From: Oscillospiraceae bacterium
GTDB lineage: Bacteria > Bacillota > Clostridia > Oscillospirales > CAG-382
Direction: 5' to 3'
Assembly (NCBI GenBank): GCA_015064955.1
Contig: SVRD01000006.1
Location: 40,714-104,713, forward strand
DNA length: 64,000 nt
The position numbers were made by a program, and so were the translations under genes. Every line of letters starts with the position of its first letter. The first letter of the stretch is position 1. Below, piece by piece: positions 34,567-45,173 of this stretch. Below the pieces are notes generated by a model. That model searched no databases. It saw only the letters and a program-made list of their open reading frames with translations, and had not been told where the DNA came from.

Positions 34567-35454
34567 TCATTTGTATCTGTCGATACTCTTGAGCTCGAAA
34601 TATAATTTTTTGTAGCTTTCGTGACGTGATTCGGCAATCTCGCCTTTCACAACCGCTTCCGCGATACCGCAATCGGTTTCTTTTGTGTGAGTGCAGTCTG
34701 CATAGCGGCATTTGTAGGTATGTTCAGCAAACTCTGGGAATAGGGTATGGAGCTCCTTGTGCTCTATCGTGCAGTACAGCTCGGTATTTACCGCTGTGAA
34801 GCCCGGTGTATCGGCTAAATAGGTTCCGTCTCCGAGTGAAAACAGCTCGGTGGTGCGGGTCGTGTTTTTGCCCCTTGCGATCTTTTCGGAAAGCGAACCT
34901 GTTTTGAGCCGGAGCTGCGGGTAAAGTGAATTGATCAAAGTTGATTTACCGACTCCCGAAGCACCGCATAAAACACATATCTTGCCGTGCAATAATTCCT
35001 TTGCGGCATCTACGCCTATTTTGTCTTTTGAACTTGTTTCTATGACAGAAAACGGTGTTTTTTTGTATATTTCACGTATTTCGTCACAGTCCGCCAAATC
35101 GCTTTTTGAAATGAAGATTGCGCATTGTATGTTGTTTTTTTCGGCGATGACGGTTAAAAGATCGATGTTGTAAAGATAGGGGGCAGGATCTTTTGGTGCG
35201 ACAACCATTGCGAGAAGATCAATATTCGCAACAGGAGGCCGTACCAATGAATTTGTACGCTCGCGTATAGAGGTAATAAATCCGTTGCCATCTCCGTTGT
35301 CGCGGAAAATCACCTTGTCTCCCGCAAGTATCTTTCCGTCATTCTTCCTTACGCGCGTTCCCGAACGGCAATAGATGATATTGCCGTCGGATTCAACAGC
35401 ATATCTGCCGTTCTGGCCCGAAAGAATCAGTCCCTCTTTCTCGATAATACTCAA
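34567..35454 (-). CDS. rsgA: ribosome small-subunit-dependent GTPase A
   Basis: 295 aa. Circularly permuted GTPase with GASGVGKSTLIN, DTPGF and a C-terminal zinc knuckle CRYADCTH. Confidence 0.9.
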   Translation of the reverse strand: MSIIEKEGLILSGQNGRYAVESDGNIIYCRSGTRVRKNDGKILAGDKVIFRDNGDGNGFITSIRERTNSLVRPPVANIDLLAMVVAPKDPAPYLYNIDLLTVIAEKNNIQCAIFISKSDLADCDEIREIYKKTPFSVIETSSKDKIGVDAAKELLHGKICVLCGASGVGKSTLINSLYPQLRLKTGSLSEKIARGKNTTRTTELFSLGDGTYLADTPGFTAVNTELYCTIEHKELHTLFPEFAEHTYKCRYADCTHTKETDCGIAEAVVKGEIAESRHESYKKLYFELKSIDRYK

Positions 35455-37697
35455 GGGTTTCCTCCTGTGCTGTTGTCGCCCCCGTTGGATATGGGCGAAA
35501 CGTATTGAATAACAACAAGGTCGATTCCGGATGTTGCCGATGTGATCGAGTCACCCTTGGGAATACTCTGGTAAACTATTGTGCTGACTCCGTCGTAAAC
35601 GGTTGTGGGAGTACAACCCAATTTGAGCAGTGAATCGATGAAGAGGAACATATCCTCATCAAATTCTGTGCGCGCCATATCGATATAGTCTACAACGCTT
35701 TCGTCAGCGTAATAGTAAAGGAAGTTTACGTAAAGCTGCTTATCGGGCGATGTGGCGGTCAATATAGCTTGAGCTTCTGCGGGTGTCATACCGTAGAAAT
35801 TAGGCATACCCTGCGGCTGAACAGCAATATAAATTGTGAGCTGCGTGCCCATCGGGCTGACTGTGCCTGCGGGAATACTTTGTGCGTAAACTCGGTTGTT
35901 TCCGCCTATCTGTTCGGTGTATTCGACGTTAACCGTATATCCCGAATAGGTCTGTGCAAACTTTTTCGCCTCCGCCTCGGTCATACCCGAAAGATCGGGG
36001 AGCTTGGCGGTATTTATAGCCTCGGGCTTGTTATAGATGTAAACGATAACACTGTCGCCGACCTTTACCTCGGTCCCTGCGACGGGCTCGGTCTTAATAA
36101 CCTGATTTTCGTGGAAGAAACCGTTTTCGGATTCGGTTACCTCGACAAACTCGACCTTTAATCCGAGATTGGAAAGCTTCGTTTGGACAGTGGTTCTCGG
36201 ATAGCAGGAAACGTCGGGAATAACACATTTTTCGGAACGGTTTATAATTATCTGTGTGAATGCTATCTTGTCCTTGTTTTTGTTGAAATCATTCGGGAGC
36301 TTTTTGTCGTGATTGCCTTCGGGCTCGGTTGAAATGATCTCGTTATTTTGAAGCTCGGGTCTGTATTCATAAATAATTTCGACGTTTTTGCTCGAAATAT
36401 CGAATTTGTAAGTTCCGTTTTGCAACGTGTTGATAAGATCGTTGTCGTAAATCTTACCGACAATATCGGGATACTTTACCGTTATTTCGGCACTACCGCT
36501 CGGCTCAACACCGAACATATCCGAAAGTATCGGGATTTCAAACGGAAGCATAGCCAAAAGCGTGGGAGCCAAGGAAATCAGAAGAACAAGCAGTGTGATG
36601 ATAAACGCCGACGCGACCGCTGCGATGATTGGGAACATCGTACGGTTGACTTTTTTCTTCTTCTTTTTCTTGCGTTTTTCGATCTTCTTTTCGGTTTCCT
36701 GCGGGTCCTCGGTAACAACCTTTTTCTGACCGATGGAATCTGCAATTTCCTGATCGTCGTAAGGCTCGATTTCTGCGGTAGAGATCATATCTATCGAAAC
36801 GACACTGCTCTTTCCTACACTCTCGTCCGCTGCAGTGGGGCTCATTGCGAAGATTACGTCAGGATAGCGGAGCACCCATTCGATCGCTTTTGCCATTGTA
36901 TGCGCCGACTGAAAACGCTCCGACGGCGATTTTTCCATCGCCTTCAAGATAATCTGCGATACACCGACGGGTATATCCAGAACGATGTCGCGGGGATGCA
37001 CAGGCTCATCGTTGACCTGCATCATCGCAACCTCCATCGGAGTTTCGGCAGTGAAGGGAAGTGTGCCGGTAACTGCCTCGTAAAGCATTATGCCGACAGA
37101 ATATATATCGGAATAATAATCGGTTTCCTTGCCGCAAGCCTGCTCGGGCGAGATATAATATACTGTTCCGACTGCCTTTTCGTCCTTCTGCTCGGAAAGA
37201 GAATTGGGAAGCTTTGCTATGCCGAAGTCGGTCACCTTGATGTCGCCGTTCTTCATAAGAATAACGTTTTGCGGCTTGATATCACGGTGGATAATGCCCT
37301 TGCTGTGAGCGTGCTCAAGCGCACGGAGTATCTGCAAAACGTAAATGCAAGCCTCTTTCCAGGATATCGCACCCTTGTTGTCAAGATATTCACGCAGCGT
37401 TATACCGTCGAGATACTCCATAACAATATACTTGATATCGGGGTAAATGGCTACGTCGTATACGCTTACGATGTTTTTGTTGGAAAGCATAGCGACAGCC
37501 TTGGATTCGTCAATAAAACGTGCCTCCGCCTGCTCGTTTCCGTTGTATTCGTCATTAAGGATCTTGATAGCAACGATTCGTTTCATAACAAGGTCCTGAG
37601 CCTTCAGCACGCATGCCATACCGCCCATTCCGACAAGCTCGAGTATTTTATATCTGCCGTCGAGTACCTTGCCAACAAAGCCTTCGTATTTATCCAT
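35451..37697 (-). CDS. prkC: Ser/Thr protein kinase, PrkC-type, with extracellular PASTA-like repeats
   Basis: 748 aa. Hanks kinase motifs HRDIKPQN, DFG and SPEQ. Lys-rich juxtamembrane tract, one TM helix, and repeated extracellular modules. Confidence 0.9.
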   Translation of the reverse strand: MDKYEGFVGKVLDGRYKILELVGMGGMACVLKAQDLVMKRIVAIKILNDEYNGNEQAEARFIDESKAVAMLSNKNIVSVYDVAIYPDIKYIVMEYLDGITLREYLDNKGAISWKEACIYVLQILRALEHAHSKGIIHRDIKPQNVILMKNGDIKVTDFGIAKLPNSLSEQKDEKAVGTVYYISPEQACGKETDYYSDIYSVGIMLYEAVTGTLPFTAETPMEVAMMQVNDEPVHPRDIVLDIPVGVSQIILKAMEKSPSERFQSAHTMAKAIEWVLRYPDVIFAMSPTAADESVGKSSVVSIDMISTAEIEPYDDQEIADSIGQKKVVTEDPQETEKKIEKRKKKKKKKVNRTMFPIIAAVASAFIITLLVLLISLAPTLLAMLPFEIPILSDMFGVEPSGSAEITVKYPDIVGKIYDNDLINTLQNGTYKFDISSKNVEIIYEYRPELQNNEIISTEPEGNHDKKLPNDFNKNKDKIAFTQIIINRSEKCVIPDVSCYPRTTVQTKLSNLGLKVEFVEVTESENGFFHENQVIKTEPVAGTEVKVGDSVIVYIYNKPEAINTAKLPDLSGMTEAEAKKFAQTYSGYTVNVEYTEQIGGNNRVYAQSIPAGTVSPMGTQLTIYIAVQPQGMPNFYGMTPAEAQAILTATSPDKQLYVNFLYYYADESVVDYIDMARTEFDEDMFLFIDSLLKLGCTPTTVYDGVSTIVYQSIPKGDSITSATSGIDLVVIQYVSPISNGGDNSTGGNP

Positions 37698-37729
37698 GTC
37701 GTTTTCCTTTCGATGCTGCGGCTTTTGTA

Positions 37730-38482
37730 TTATTCTCCGCCGAACAATACTGCCGTAATATTATCAAGTCCGCCGCCTTCGTTTGCCTCCTCGATCAGCC
37801 TTTCGGTTCTGACCTTATAAGAGGGCTTTTTGCTGGCGTACGAGCCCGAAATAATCTCGCCGATGCGATTATCCGAAACGTGATTTGTCAATCCGTCCGT
37901 ACATAAAAGCAGACGATGATAATTGTCTATTCTGTAAAAATCGCCGTCAACGTGCTCGTTAACGCCGAGTGCGCGCAAAATGATATTTTTGTTCGGGTGA
38001 TTTACCGCCTCTTGCAGTGTGATTTCACCCTTGTCGATAAGGTATTGAACGAACGAATGGTCCTTTGTGACCTGCTCGATACCGTTTTCTGTTTGTCTGT
38101 AAAGTCTGCTGTCGCCGACGTTAACGGCATAAGTGCCGCTGAGGCAAACCAGCGCGGCGACCAAAGTTGTTCCCATTCCCTCGAGTTCGGGATCGTTCAT
38201 CGAGCGAAGATATATAGCGCTGTTTGCTTCATCGAGAGCATCTCTCAATAGCATTTTGATCTCGGATTCGCTGTAATCGTCGGCACTTCTTTCGGTAAAG
38301 GCTCGCTTGATTACAGATGCGAATGTCTTCACACCCAATCCGCTTGCAACGTTGCCGCCCTTCGCGCCGCCCATTCCGTCACAAACTATCGCACAGAAAT
38401 ATCCGCTTTTGGAGAACACGGCAAAGCTGTCTTGATTGCATTTGCGCTTCATTCCAACATCGGTTTTTCCTCCGTATTTCAT
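37730..38482 (-). CDS. stp: PP2C-family Ser/Thr phosphatase
   Basis: 250 aa. Contains NQDSF, DGMGG and DGLTN motifs. Adjacent to prkC. Confidence 0.9.
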   Translation of the reverse strand: MKYGGKTDVGMKRKCNQDSFAVFSKSGYFCAIVCDGMGGAKGGNVASGLGVKTFASVIKRAFTERSADDYSESEIKMLLRDALDEANSAIYLRSMNDPELEGMGTTLVAALVCLSGTYAVNVGDSRLYRQTENGIEQVTKDHSFVQYLIDKGEITLQEAVNHPNKNIILRALGVNEHVDGDFYRIDNYHRLLLCTDGLTNHVSDNRIGEIISGSYASKKPSYKVRTERLIEEANEGGGLDNITAVLFGGE

Positions 38483-38500
38483 TGCCGTACCTCCTTTTGA

Positions 38501-39529
38501 TCAGTTTTTGTTATCTTCGGCGCGAAGCTGACCGCAGGACGCATTTATATCAGCACCGAGCCTTCTTCTCACCGTTACGTTTATTTTATATGTTTCTATT
38601 GTTTCTGTAAAGAGCTTTATTGCATTTTTTTCGCTTCTTACAAAGTTTTTTTCTTTGATAGGGTTCACCGGGATAAGATTAAGATGGCAAAGCATTCCCG
38701 AAAGCAGTTTGCCCAATTCCATCGCGTGCTCCTTGCTGTCGTTAACACCGGAAATCAAAGCATATTCAAACGAGATTCTTCTTCCTGTCTTATCGATATA
38801 TCTCTTGCAGGATCTTAAAAGCTCGTCGATGCTCCATTTGTTTGCAATCGGCATCGTTTGCCTGCGTATTTCATCATTAGGCGCGTGAAGAGATATCGAA
38901 AGAGTGATCGGGAGCATAAGGTCTGCGAGTTCGTCGATTTTATTTACAAGACCGCAGGTCGACAGTGAAATATGCCTCAGACCGATATTCAATCCGTCCT
39001 TGTGATTTACAAGGTTTAAAAATTTGATAACGTTATCGAAATTGTCAAGCGGCTCGCCCATTCCCATAAGAACGATATTTGAAACACGCTCGCCCAGATC
39101 ACGCTCTGCTTCGAGAATCTGCAAAAGCATTTCGGAGGGGGCTAACGACCTTACAAGTCCTGCTTTTGTGCTTGCACAGAAAGCGCAACCCATACGACAG
39201 CCGACTTGAGTTGAAATACACATAGTGTTGCCGTGGTGATATCTCATAAACACACTTTCGACGGTTTCGCCGTCGTGAAGCGAATAGAGATACTTTACCG
39301 TTCCGTCAATAGCGGATACCAGCTTTCTCTTTATTGATGCGGTAGGGATATATGCGTTTTCCGCAAGTATTTCGCGGAATTGCTTTGGCAGTGTGGAAAA
39401 CTCCGAAAAATCGCGTTTCCCCTTATATAATCCCTCGAATATTTGTTTTCCTCTGTATTTCGGTTGTCCTAGCTCGACACAAAAAGCTTCGAGCTCCTCG
39501 GGAAACATCGAAAGCAGATCAGCCTTCAT
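38501..39529 (-). CDS. rlmN: 23S rRNA (adenine2503-C2)-methyltransferase, radical SAM
   Basis: The start is taken at the ATG at 39529 (MKADLLSM), just after the rsmB stop; the tracked ORF extends to 39616. Contains the CRMGCAFC radical SAM cluster. Confidence 0.9.
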   Translation of the reverse strand: MKADLLSMFPEELEAFCVELGQPKYRGKQIFEGLYKGKRDFSEFSTLPKQFREILAENAYIPTASIKRKLVSAIDGTVKYLYSLHDGETVESVFMRYHHGNTMCISTQVGCRMGCAFCASTKAGLVRSLAPSEMLLQILEAERDLGERVSNIVLMGMGEPLDNFDNVIKFLNLVNHKDGLNIGLRHISLSTCGLVNKIDELADLMLPITLSISLHAPNDEIRRQTMPIANKWSIDELLRSCKRYIDKTGRRISFEYALISGVNDSKEHAMELGKLLSGMLCHLNLIPVNPIKEKNFVRSEKNAIKLFTETIETYKINVTVRRRLGADINASCGQLRAEDNKN

Positions 39530-39530
39530 T

Positions 39531-40775
39531 TCAAAACTCCCTGATGATTTTTGCCATATAAAAGCCTTCCTTTTCTTCACCAAACGGCAAGCAGGTCTCG
39601 TCGTGCAAAAGTGCAAACGACGGATTTGCGGTGAGAAAAGCTCTTACAGTGTCTTCGTTTTCTATTTTGTTTATCGAGCAGGTCGAATAGACCATTATAC
39701 CGCCGATCTTGAGATATTTTGCGGCATTTTCGATAATAATTCTCTGCGTGCGGTAGATGCCATCGAATTCGGACGGCGATTTGTATTTTATTTCGGGCTT
39801 ACTGCCCATAACTCCGGTTCCGGAGCAGGGAACATCGCAAATAACTCTGTCGGCAACTCCGAAAAGCTCTTTCTTCGGTGCCTTTCCGTCACACACATCG
39901 GTTTCGATAATCGTTATACCCAAAGCTTGCGCGCTTTTTTCTATCAATGGCAGCTTGTTTTTATGAATATCAAAGGAATAGATCCTGCCCTCGTTGCACA
40001 TATTGATCGCCGCACCGATGCTTTTTCCGCCGGGGCAGGCACAAACGTCGATAACCGTGTGACCTCTTTGTGCATCCAGCAGTCTGACAGCCTTTTGCGA
40101 GGCTTTGCCTTGAATATAAAAGTCGCCGTTGTTGATTATTGAAAGCGCCTTCTGCACGTCACCGCAAAGTACTGCGGTATCATCACAAACAGTTCCGTTT
40201 GTAGCGTCAGCAACCTTTTGTGCGTAGGTCTTGAGCGTATTAACTCTTAAATAAACAGGCTGTTTACCGAAAAATGCCTCGAAAATTCTGTCGCACTCCT
40301 CGGGATATTGCTCATTAATAAGATTATAAAGCTCTTTGTTGACCGAAAGCCTTATATTCGGTGAAGCCGATTCGAGCTTTTTATAAAGGCTTTCTTTGCT
40401 TCGGCAAGCATTTCTTAAAACCGCATTGGTAAAACCTGCGCGCTTGCTGCCGAAAAGCTCTTTTGAAATCTCGACCGTTTCGTCACAAACTGCACTATCG
40501 GGCACTCTGTCCATATAAAAAATCTGATAAAGCGCAGTTAGTAACAGACATTTTAAATGCTTATCCGTGGAGCTTCTGATAAGCTCATCGAGAATAAATT
40601 CAAGTGACAGCTTGCGCTCGACTGTACCGACAGCGATGCTTTCCGCAAAAGCGCGGTCGATCCCGATTAAATCATCGGGATATGATATTAGATTTGAAAA
40701 AGCACCGTCGTTAATACGCTTGACAGCGTTATATGCCGCGAGCCTTGCTTTATCACTCATTAACTTTTGTTCCAA
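39531..40775 (-). CDS. rsmB: 16S rRNA (cytosine967-C5)-methyltransferase
   Basis: 414 aa. NusB-like N-terminus, SAM motif DVCACPGGKS, and catalytic DVPCSG and TCS. The start could instead be 40760. Confidence 0.85.
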   Translation of the reverse strand: MEQKLMSDKARLAAYNAVKRINDGAFSNLISYPDDLIGIDRAFAESIAVGTVERKLSLEFILDELIRSSTDKHLKCLLLTALYQIFYMDRVPDSAVCDETVEISKELFGSKRAGFTNAVLRNACRSKESLYKKLESASPNIRLSVNKELYNLINEQYPEECDRIFEAFFGKQPVYLRVNTLKTYAQKVADATNGTVCDDTAVLCGDVQKALSIINNGDFYIQGKASQKAVRLLDAQRGHTVIDVCACPGGKSIGAAINMCNEGRIYSFDIHKNKLPLIEKSAQALGITIIETDVCDGKAPKKELFGVADRVICDVPCSGTGVMGSKPEIKYKSPSEFDGIYRTQRIIIENAAKYLKIGGIMVYSTCSINKIENEDTVRAFLTANPSFALLHDETCLPFGEEKEGFYMAKIIREF

Positions 40776-41679
40776 TCTCTATTTTGTTTCCGCGAAGGTA
40801 GCTTTCGGCGTTGCAAACACTTTTTCCCTCGGGACAAAGAACCATAATTATTACACTGCCCTCGGCACAAGCGATCTCGATTCCGCCTTTGTCGGTCGAA
40901 AGCACGGTTCCGTATTCTCCGCTTCCGTTGCCGAGAATTGCGTTTCTTACTTTAATTCTCTTTCCGCCGATAAAGAAGTATGAACCCGGAAACGGCGAAA
41001 GTCCTCTGATACGGTTTCTCACACAAACAGCAGGCTCGTTAAAGGTTAAATAAGCGTCATCGTTGCCGATTTTCGCGGCATAAGTCGCGCTTGAGTGATC
41101 CTGCTCGCATCTGGGAATACTTCCGCTTTCCGCAAGTGCGATAAATTCCTTCAAAGCCGATTTTCCGAGCTCTGCGAGCGCATCATGAAACTCGCCTGCA
41201 CACCAATCGTCTTTTATTTCTATTTCTTTTTTTAAAATGATATCGCCGGTGTCGATGCCTTCTGCCATAAACTGAAGCGTTACACCGCCGACCTTGTCAC
41301 CGTTCATAATCGCACGGTTTATCGGCGCCGCACCTCTAAGATGGGGAAGTAACGACGCGTGCACGTTTACACAAGCGATCTTGGGCATATCAAGAACGCG
41401 CTTTGAAAGTATTCTGCCGTAAGCGGTAACGACAAACAGATCCGCTTCGACACTTTCGAGCTTTTGTAAAACCTCTTCGTCCTTCAGACTTGCGGGCGAA
41501 ATCACCTCGAGCCCGTGCTCAAGTGCATATTTCTTTACGGGCGACGGGGTCATAGTATAGCCTCTGCCCTTGGGTCTGTCGGGTTGTGTAACTACAAGTG
41601 CAATATCCTGACCCGCTTCGCAAAGCGCTTCGAGCGAAGCAACTGCGAAATCGGGAGTTCCCATAAAAACAATTCTCAT
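40753..41679 (-). CDS. fmt: methionyl-tRNA formyltransferase
   Basis: 308 aa. MRIVFMGTPDFAV N-terminus and an HASLLPHLRGAAPI motif. Confidence 0.9.
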   Translation of the reverse strand: MRIVFMGTPDFAVASLEALCEAGQDIALVVTQPDRPKGRGYTMTPSPVKKYALEHGLEVISPASLKDEEVLQKLESVEADLFVVTAYGRILSKRVLDMPKIACVNVHASLLPHLRGAAPINRAIMNGDKVGGVTLQFMAEGIDTGDIILKKEIEIKDDWCAGEFHDALAELGKSALKEFIALAESGSIPRCEQDHSSATYAAKIGNDDAYLTFNEPAVCVRNRIRGLSPFPGSYFFIGGKRIKVRNAILGNGSGEYGTVLSTDKGGIEIACAEGSVIIMVLCPEGKSVCNAESYLRGNKIEIGTKVNE

Positions 41680-42149
41680 TATGCGTCCTCAATATCGTCG
41701 GGGTCGTACATTTCGATAGCCTTGTCGATGTACAAGGTTCCGTCCAAATGATCAAGCTCGTGGCAGAAGCATCTTGCCATAAGTCCGTTGCCCTCGGCTT
41801 CATATACGTTGCCGTTTCTGTCGGTCGCGCGTACCTTTACCCAAGCGGGGCGCTTTACAAGGCCGTACTTTTCGGGCACGGAAAGACAAGCCTCGATTTC
41901 CTCCTGCTTGCCCTTGGTGGCAATTATCTCGGGGTTGATCATTTCGTATTTTATGCCGTCAATTTCAACGATAACTATTCTTCTCAAAACACCAACCTGC
42001 GGCGCGGCAAGTCCGACTCCCTGCGCCTTGTCGAGTGTGTCGTGCATATCGTCGAGCAGCTGAATAATTCTCGGTGTGATTTCTTCGACGGGCCTGCACT
42101 TTTTGCGAAGTGTTTCATCGCCCTCTTTGAGTATGTTAAGAATTGCCAT
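41679..42149 (-). CDS. def: peptide deformylase
   Basis: 156 aa. Contains GVGLAAPQVG, EACLSVP and HELDH motifs. Confidence 0.9.
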   Translation of the reverse strand: MAILNILKEGDETLRKKCRPVEEITPRIIQLLDDMHDTLDKAQGVGLAAPQVGVLRRIVIVEIDGIKYEMINPEIIATKGKQEEIEACLSVPEKYGLVKRPAWVKVRATDRNGNVYEAEGNGLMARCFCHELDHLDGTLYIDKAIEMYDPDDIEDA

Positions 42150-42158
42150 AATTTGCTC

Positions 42159-44627
42159 CTAAATTATAGATGGATTTGCGTCAAGATCAAGCTTGACGTT
42201 TTTGGGAGCGGCTTGAAGCCCCTCTATCAACAAGTTGGATAAAAATTCGCGTGAGCGTGCATTGTCGTTGTATTTGACGATAATGCGCATACGGTATTTT
42301 CCCATAACCTTGTATATTCCGTTTTTGAACGGACCGAATTTATAAAGTGTTATATCCTTATAGCTTTTTTCGTATAACGAATAAAGCATGGTATCAAAAA
42401 TTTGTGCGAATTTTTCACAGTCGCTTTCGCTGACAGACGTGAATCCGAAAACCGCCATCGTGCAAAACGGAGGGAATTTGACTGCCTTTCTCAAAGCGAT
42501 CTCGCTTTCGTAAAAGCTTTCATAATCCTGCTTTGCCGCAAGGTTCAAAACCTCGTTGTCGGGGTTGTAGGTCTGCAAGATCGCCTTTCCGCGCTTGCCC
42601 GAGCGGCCTGCTCTGCCGACAAGCTGTGTTATAAGCGAAAAGGTACGTTCGCTTGCACGGAAATCGTCCATGTAAAGCGAGCTGTCAACATTTACCGCAC
42701 CCGCCAGATTGACTTCGGGGAAGTCAAAACCCTTTGAAATCATCTGAGTTCCGATAAGCACGTCGGATTGCTTGCTTGCAAATTCGTTGATAAGCTTATC
42801 GTGCGAAAACCTACCGCTCGTTGTGTCGGAATCCATTCGCGTAATTTTTAAATCGGGAAAATCACGTTCGAGTTCATCTTGAAGCTTTTGTGTGCCGAAT
42901 CCCGAGAATCCGATACTTGTGCTTCCGCAGGCGGGGCATATCTTCGGCGATTTTGCGGTGTAGCCGCAGTAATGGCAGGAAAGTCTTGCTTCACCCTTGT
43001 AAAGTCCGTTGTATTCGTGCCTTGTGAGAGAAACCGAGCAGCTCGGACAAGTAAAGACAAAGCCGCAGGATCTGCATGAGACGTGTGAGTTGAATCCTCT
43101 TCTGTTTACAAACAGCAGTCCCTGCTTGTTTTCACGCTTCGTTTCATTAAGCTCCAATGCAAGCCTTTTGCCGATAAGCTTGTCGGGATTGAGCCATACT
43201 TCATCTCTCATATCCTCGATAATAACCTCCGGAAGCTCGCTTCCGCTGTATCGCTTGTTAAGCGTAAATAGGGAATAGATACCCTTTTTCGCTTTGTAAA
43301 AGCTTTCTATCGAGGGGGTTGCAGATGCAAGAAGCATCAATGCGTTTGACTTGGTGCAACGAAATCTCGCAATATCGATTGCGTTGTATTTCGGCTGCAT
43401 TTCACTTTTATAGGTGTGTGCCTGCTCTTCGTCGATCGCGATCATGCCAAGCGAAGCAAACGGTGCAAAAACAGCGCTTCTCGTTCCGATTACAACGTCG
43501 ATCTCGCCCGCTTGTATTCTTCGGTAGGTGTCCGTTCTTTCGCCGACAGACAGCATCGAATGAATTACAGCAAGTCTGCTTCCAAATGCGGCGGCATAAG
43601 CCTTTACAGCCTGCGAAGCCAAGCCGATTTCCGGAATCAGTATAATGACTTGCTTGTTTCGCTTGATGACTTCCTTGGCGGATTCGATGATAACACGCGT
43701 TTTTCCGCTACCCGTTACCCCGAATAACAATGCCGCCTTTGCAGAATCCGATTCAATAAGAGCCTTGATTCCTTCGCAAGCCTCTTTTTGCTCGACCGAA
43801 AGGGTATATTCTCCTTCCGGCTCAATTCCGTCAAGAGAATACGCTTCTCTGAAAAAAGCTGTTTCGCGTTTTTCAACAAAGCCTTTTTTAATAAGCACGT
43901 TGGCGATAGCGGCAGAATATCCGCCGATCTCCTCAATCTCGCGCATTGTTGCAAGCGGATAATGCATCAAAAGCCCGATAAGCCCGCGTTGCTTTTCGGT
44001 TAGTCCCTCGCCCGAATCAATAAGCGATTCGGCTTCCTCGTTGCTTACAGTCAGACTGTATGTGAAAAGATTCTTTTCGTTGAACTTTTCGACAACTCTG
44101 CTCTCTCGCTTCAAAACTCCGATTCGACAGAGCGAATTGAGCAATATCTTGCATTCCTCACCGTATTCGTTAATTAACTCGCGCTCGGTCATCTGCTTTT
44201 TCAGATTGATCTCTCTGACAACGACCTCTGCGGGAGTGTTGAGCTTCGAGGTGTCGCATTCCTCTACCAAGGAATAAACAGTTTCGCTGTCGAGGTTGAC
44301 ACCGGGCGGAATAACTGCTCTGAATGCACTTCCGAACGTACAGAAAAAGCGTTCCTTCATAAAAGAACAGGTGCTTATAAGATCGTCGGGGACCTCAAAG
44401 GGATATTGCATAATGCTGTCGATAGACTTGATACGCTTGTAATCGCATTCATCGGAAAAACCGACAACCACCGCGCTTACTCGCTTGTTTGCATTTCCGA
44501 AAGGGACGACAACCACCGATCCGATACGGATATCCTTGCGGTATTCGTGCGGGACTGAATAGCTGTATGCTTTGTCTATGCTGTATGCAATGTCTGTCAG
44601 GTGAACGAAGGCATACGCTTTATCCAT
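42159..44627 (-). CDS. priA: primosomal protein N-prime (replication restart helicase)
   Basis: 822 aa. Walker A GVTGSGKT, DEEQ box, and a Cys-rich zinc region CRSCGFVFTCPSC...CHYCG. Confidence 0.9.
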   Translation of the reverse strand: MDKAYAFVHLTDIAYSIDKAYSYSVPHEYRKDIRIGSVVVVPFGNANKRVSAVVVGFSDECDYKRIKSIDSIMQYPFEVPDDLISTCSFMKERFFCTFGSAFRAVIPPGVNLDSETVYSLVEECDTSKLNTPAEVVVREINLKKQMTERELINEYGEECKILLNSLCRIGVLKRESRVVEKFNEKNLFTYSLTVSNEEAESLIDSGEGLTEKQRGLIGLLMHYPLATMREIEEIGGYSAAIANVLIKKGFVEKRETAFFREAYSLDGIEPEGEYTLSVEQKEACEGIKALIESDSAKAALLFGVTGSGKTRVIIESAKEVIKRNKQVIILIPEIGLASQAVKAYAAAFGSRLAVIHSMLSVGERTDTYRRIQAGEIDVVIGTRSAVFAPFASLGMIAIDEEQAHTYKSEMQPKYNAIDIARFRCTKSNALMLLASATPSIESFYKAKKGIYSLFTLNKRYSGSELPEVIIEDMRDEVWLNPDKLIGKRLALELNETKRENKQGLLFVNRRGFNSHVSCRSCGFVFTCPSCSVSLTRHEYNGLYKGEARLSCHYCGYTAKSPKICPACGSTSIGFSGFGTQKLQDELERDFPDLKITRMDSDTTSGRFSHDKLINEFASKQSDVLIGTQMISKGFDFPEVNLAGAVNVDSSLYMDDFRASERTFSLITQLVGRAGRSGKRGKAILQTYNPDNEVLNLAAKQDYESFYESEIALRKAVKFPPFCTMAVFGFTSVSESDCEKFAQIFDTMLYSLYEKSYKDITLYKFGPFKNGIYKVMGKYRMRIIVKYNDNARSREFLSNLLIEGLQAAPKNVKLDLDANPSII

Positions 44628-44629
44628 GC

Positions 44630-44899
44630 TTATTTATTGTCAACAATCGAATATTCGCCGTCGTAAAGCTTCATAACAGCAACCGAAACGGGTTTTTCGG
44701 TAAGGAGAAGCTCGTATTCGTTTTTGGGCTCCTTGGAGGTGATATAACGGTCGTTCTCCGTCTTGTTCATTTCTTCGTGCTCGTGAACGTCGTTTGCCTT
44801 GTCGATAAGGTGGCGGGCACACTTAGCAGTAGCGATAACGAGCTTGTAACGGTTTACCTTGTCGTTTGTAAGGTCCTGAACTGTGGGATAGAGCATCAT
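44630..44899 (-). CDS. rpoZ: DNA-directed RNA polymerase subunit omega
   Basis: 89 aa. The N-terminus contains NRYKLVIATAKCARHL, typical of omega. Confidence 0.8.
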   Translation of the reverse strand: MMLYPTVQDLTNDKVNRYKLVIATAKCARHLIDKANDVHEHEEMNKTENDRYITSKEPKNEYELLLTEKPVSVAVMKLYDGEYSIVDNK

Positions 44900-44928
44900 A
44901 ATAGAAATACCTCTTTATAGTTAGTAAA

Positions 44929-45162
44929 TTATTTTTCGATAGATCCGATGATTTCATCGGGCTCGATTGCCGAGCAAATAATATGGTCGCTGTCGGTTAT
45001 TAAAACCGATTTTGTTTTTTTGCCGCAGCTTACGTCAATAAGTCTGCCTGCATTTTTTGCGTCCTGAACAAGTCGGCGCACAGGGAGAGAATCGGGCGAA
45101 ACGACCGAGATAACGCGCTCTGCGTTAACAAAATTGCCAAAACCCGCATCAAACAGCTTCAT
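44929..45162 (-). CDS. remA: RemA/DUF370 family regulator
   Basis: 77 aa. [25 protein letters not shown] matches the DUF370/RemA family. Confidence 0.8.
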   Translation of the reverse strand: MKLFDAGFGNFVNAERVISVVSPDSLPVRRLVQDAKNAGRLIDVSCGKKTKSVLITDSDHIICSAIEPDEIIGSIEK

Positions 45163-45173
45163 TTCAAAAACTC

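Noticed and set aside
36640-36680. A poly-lysine coding tract (KKKKKKKK) in prkC as a possible slippery or frameshift site.
   Set aside because: The reading frame is intact across it. Basic juxtamembrane stretches are normal for single-pass kinases.
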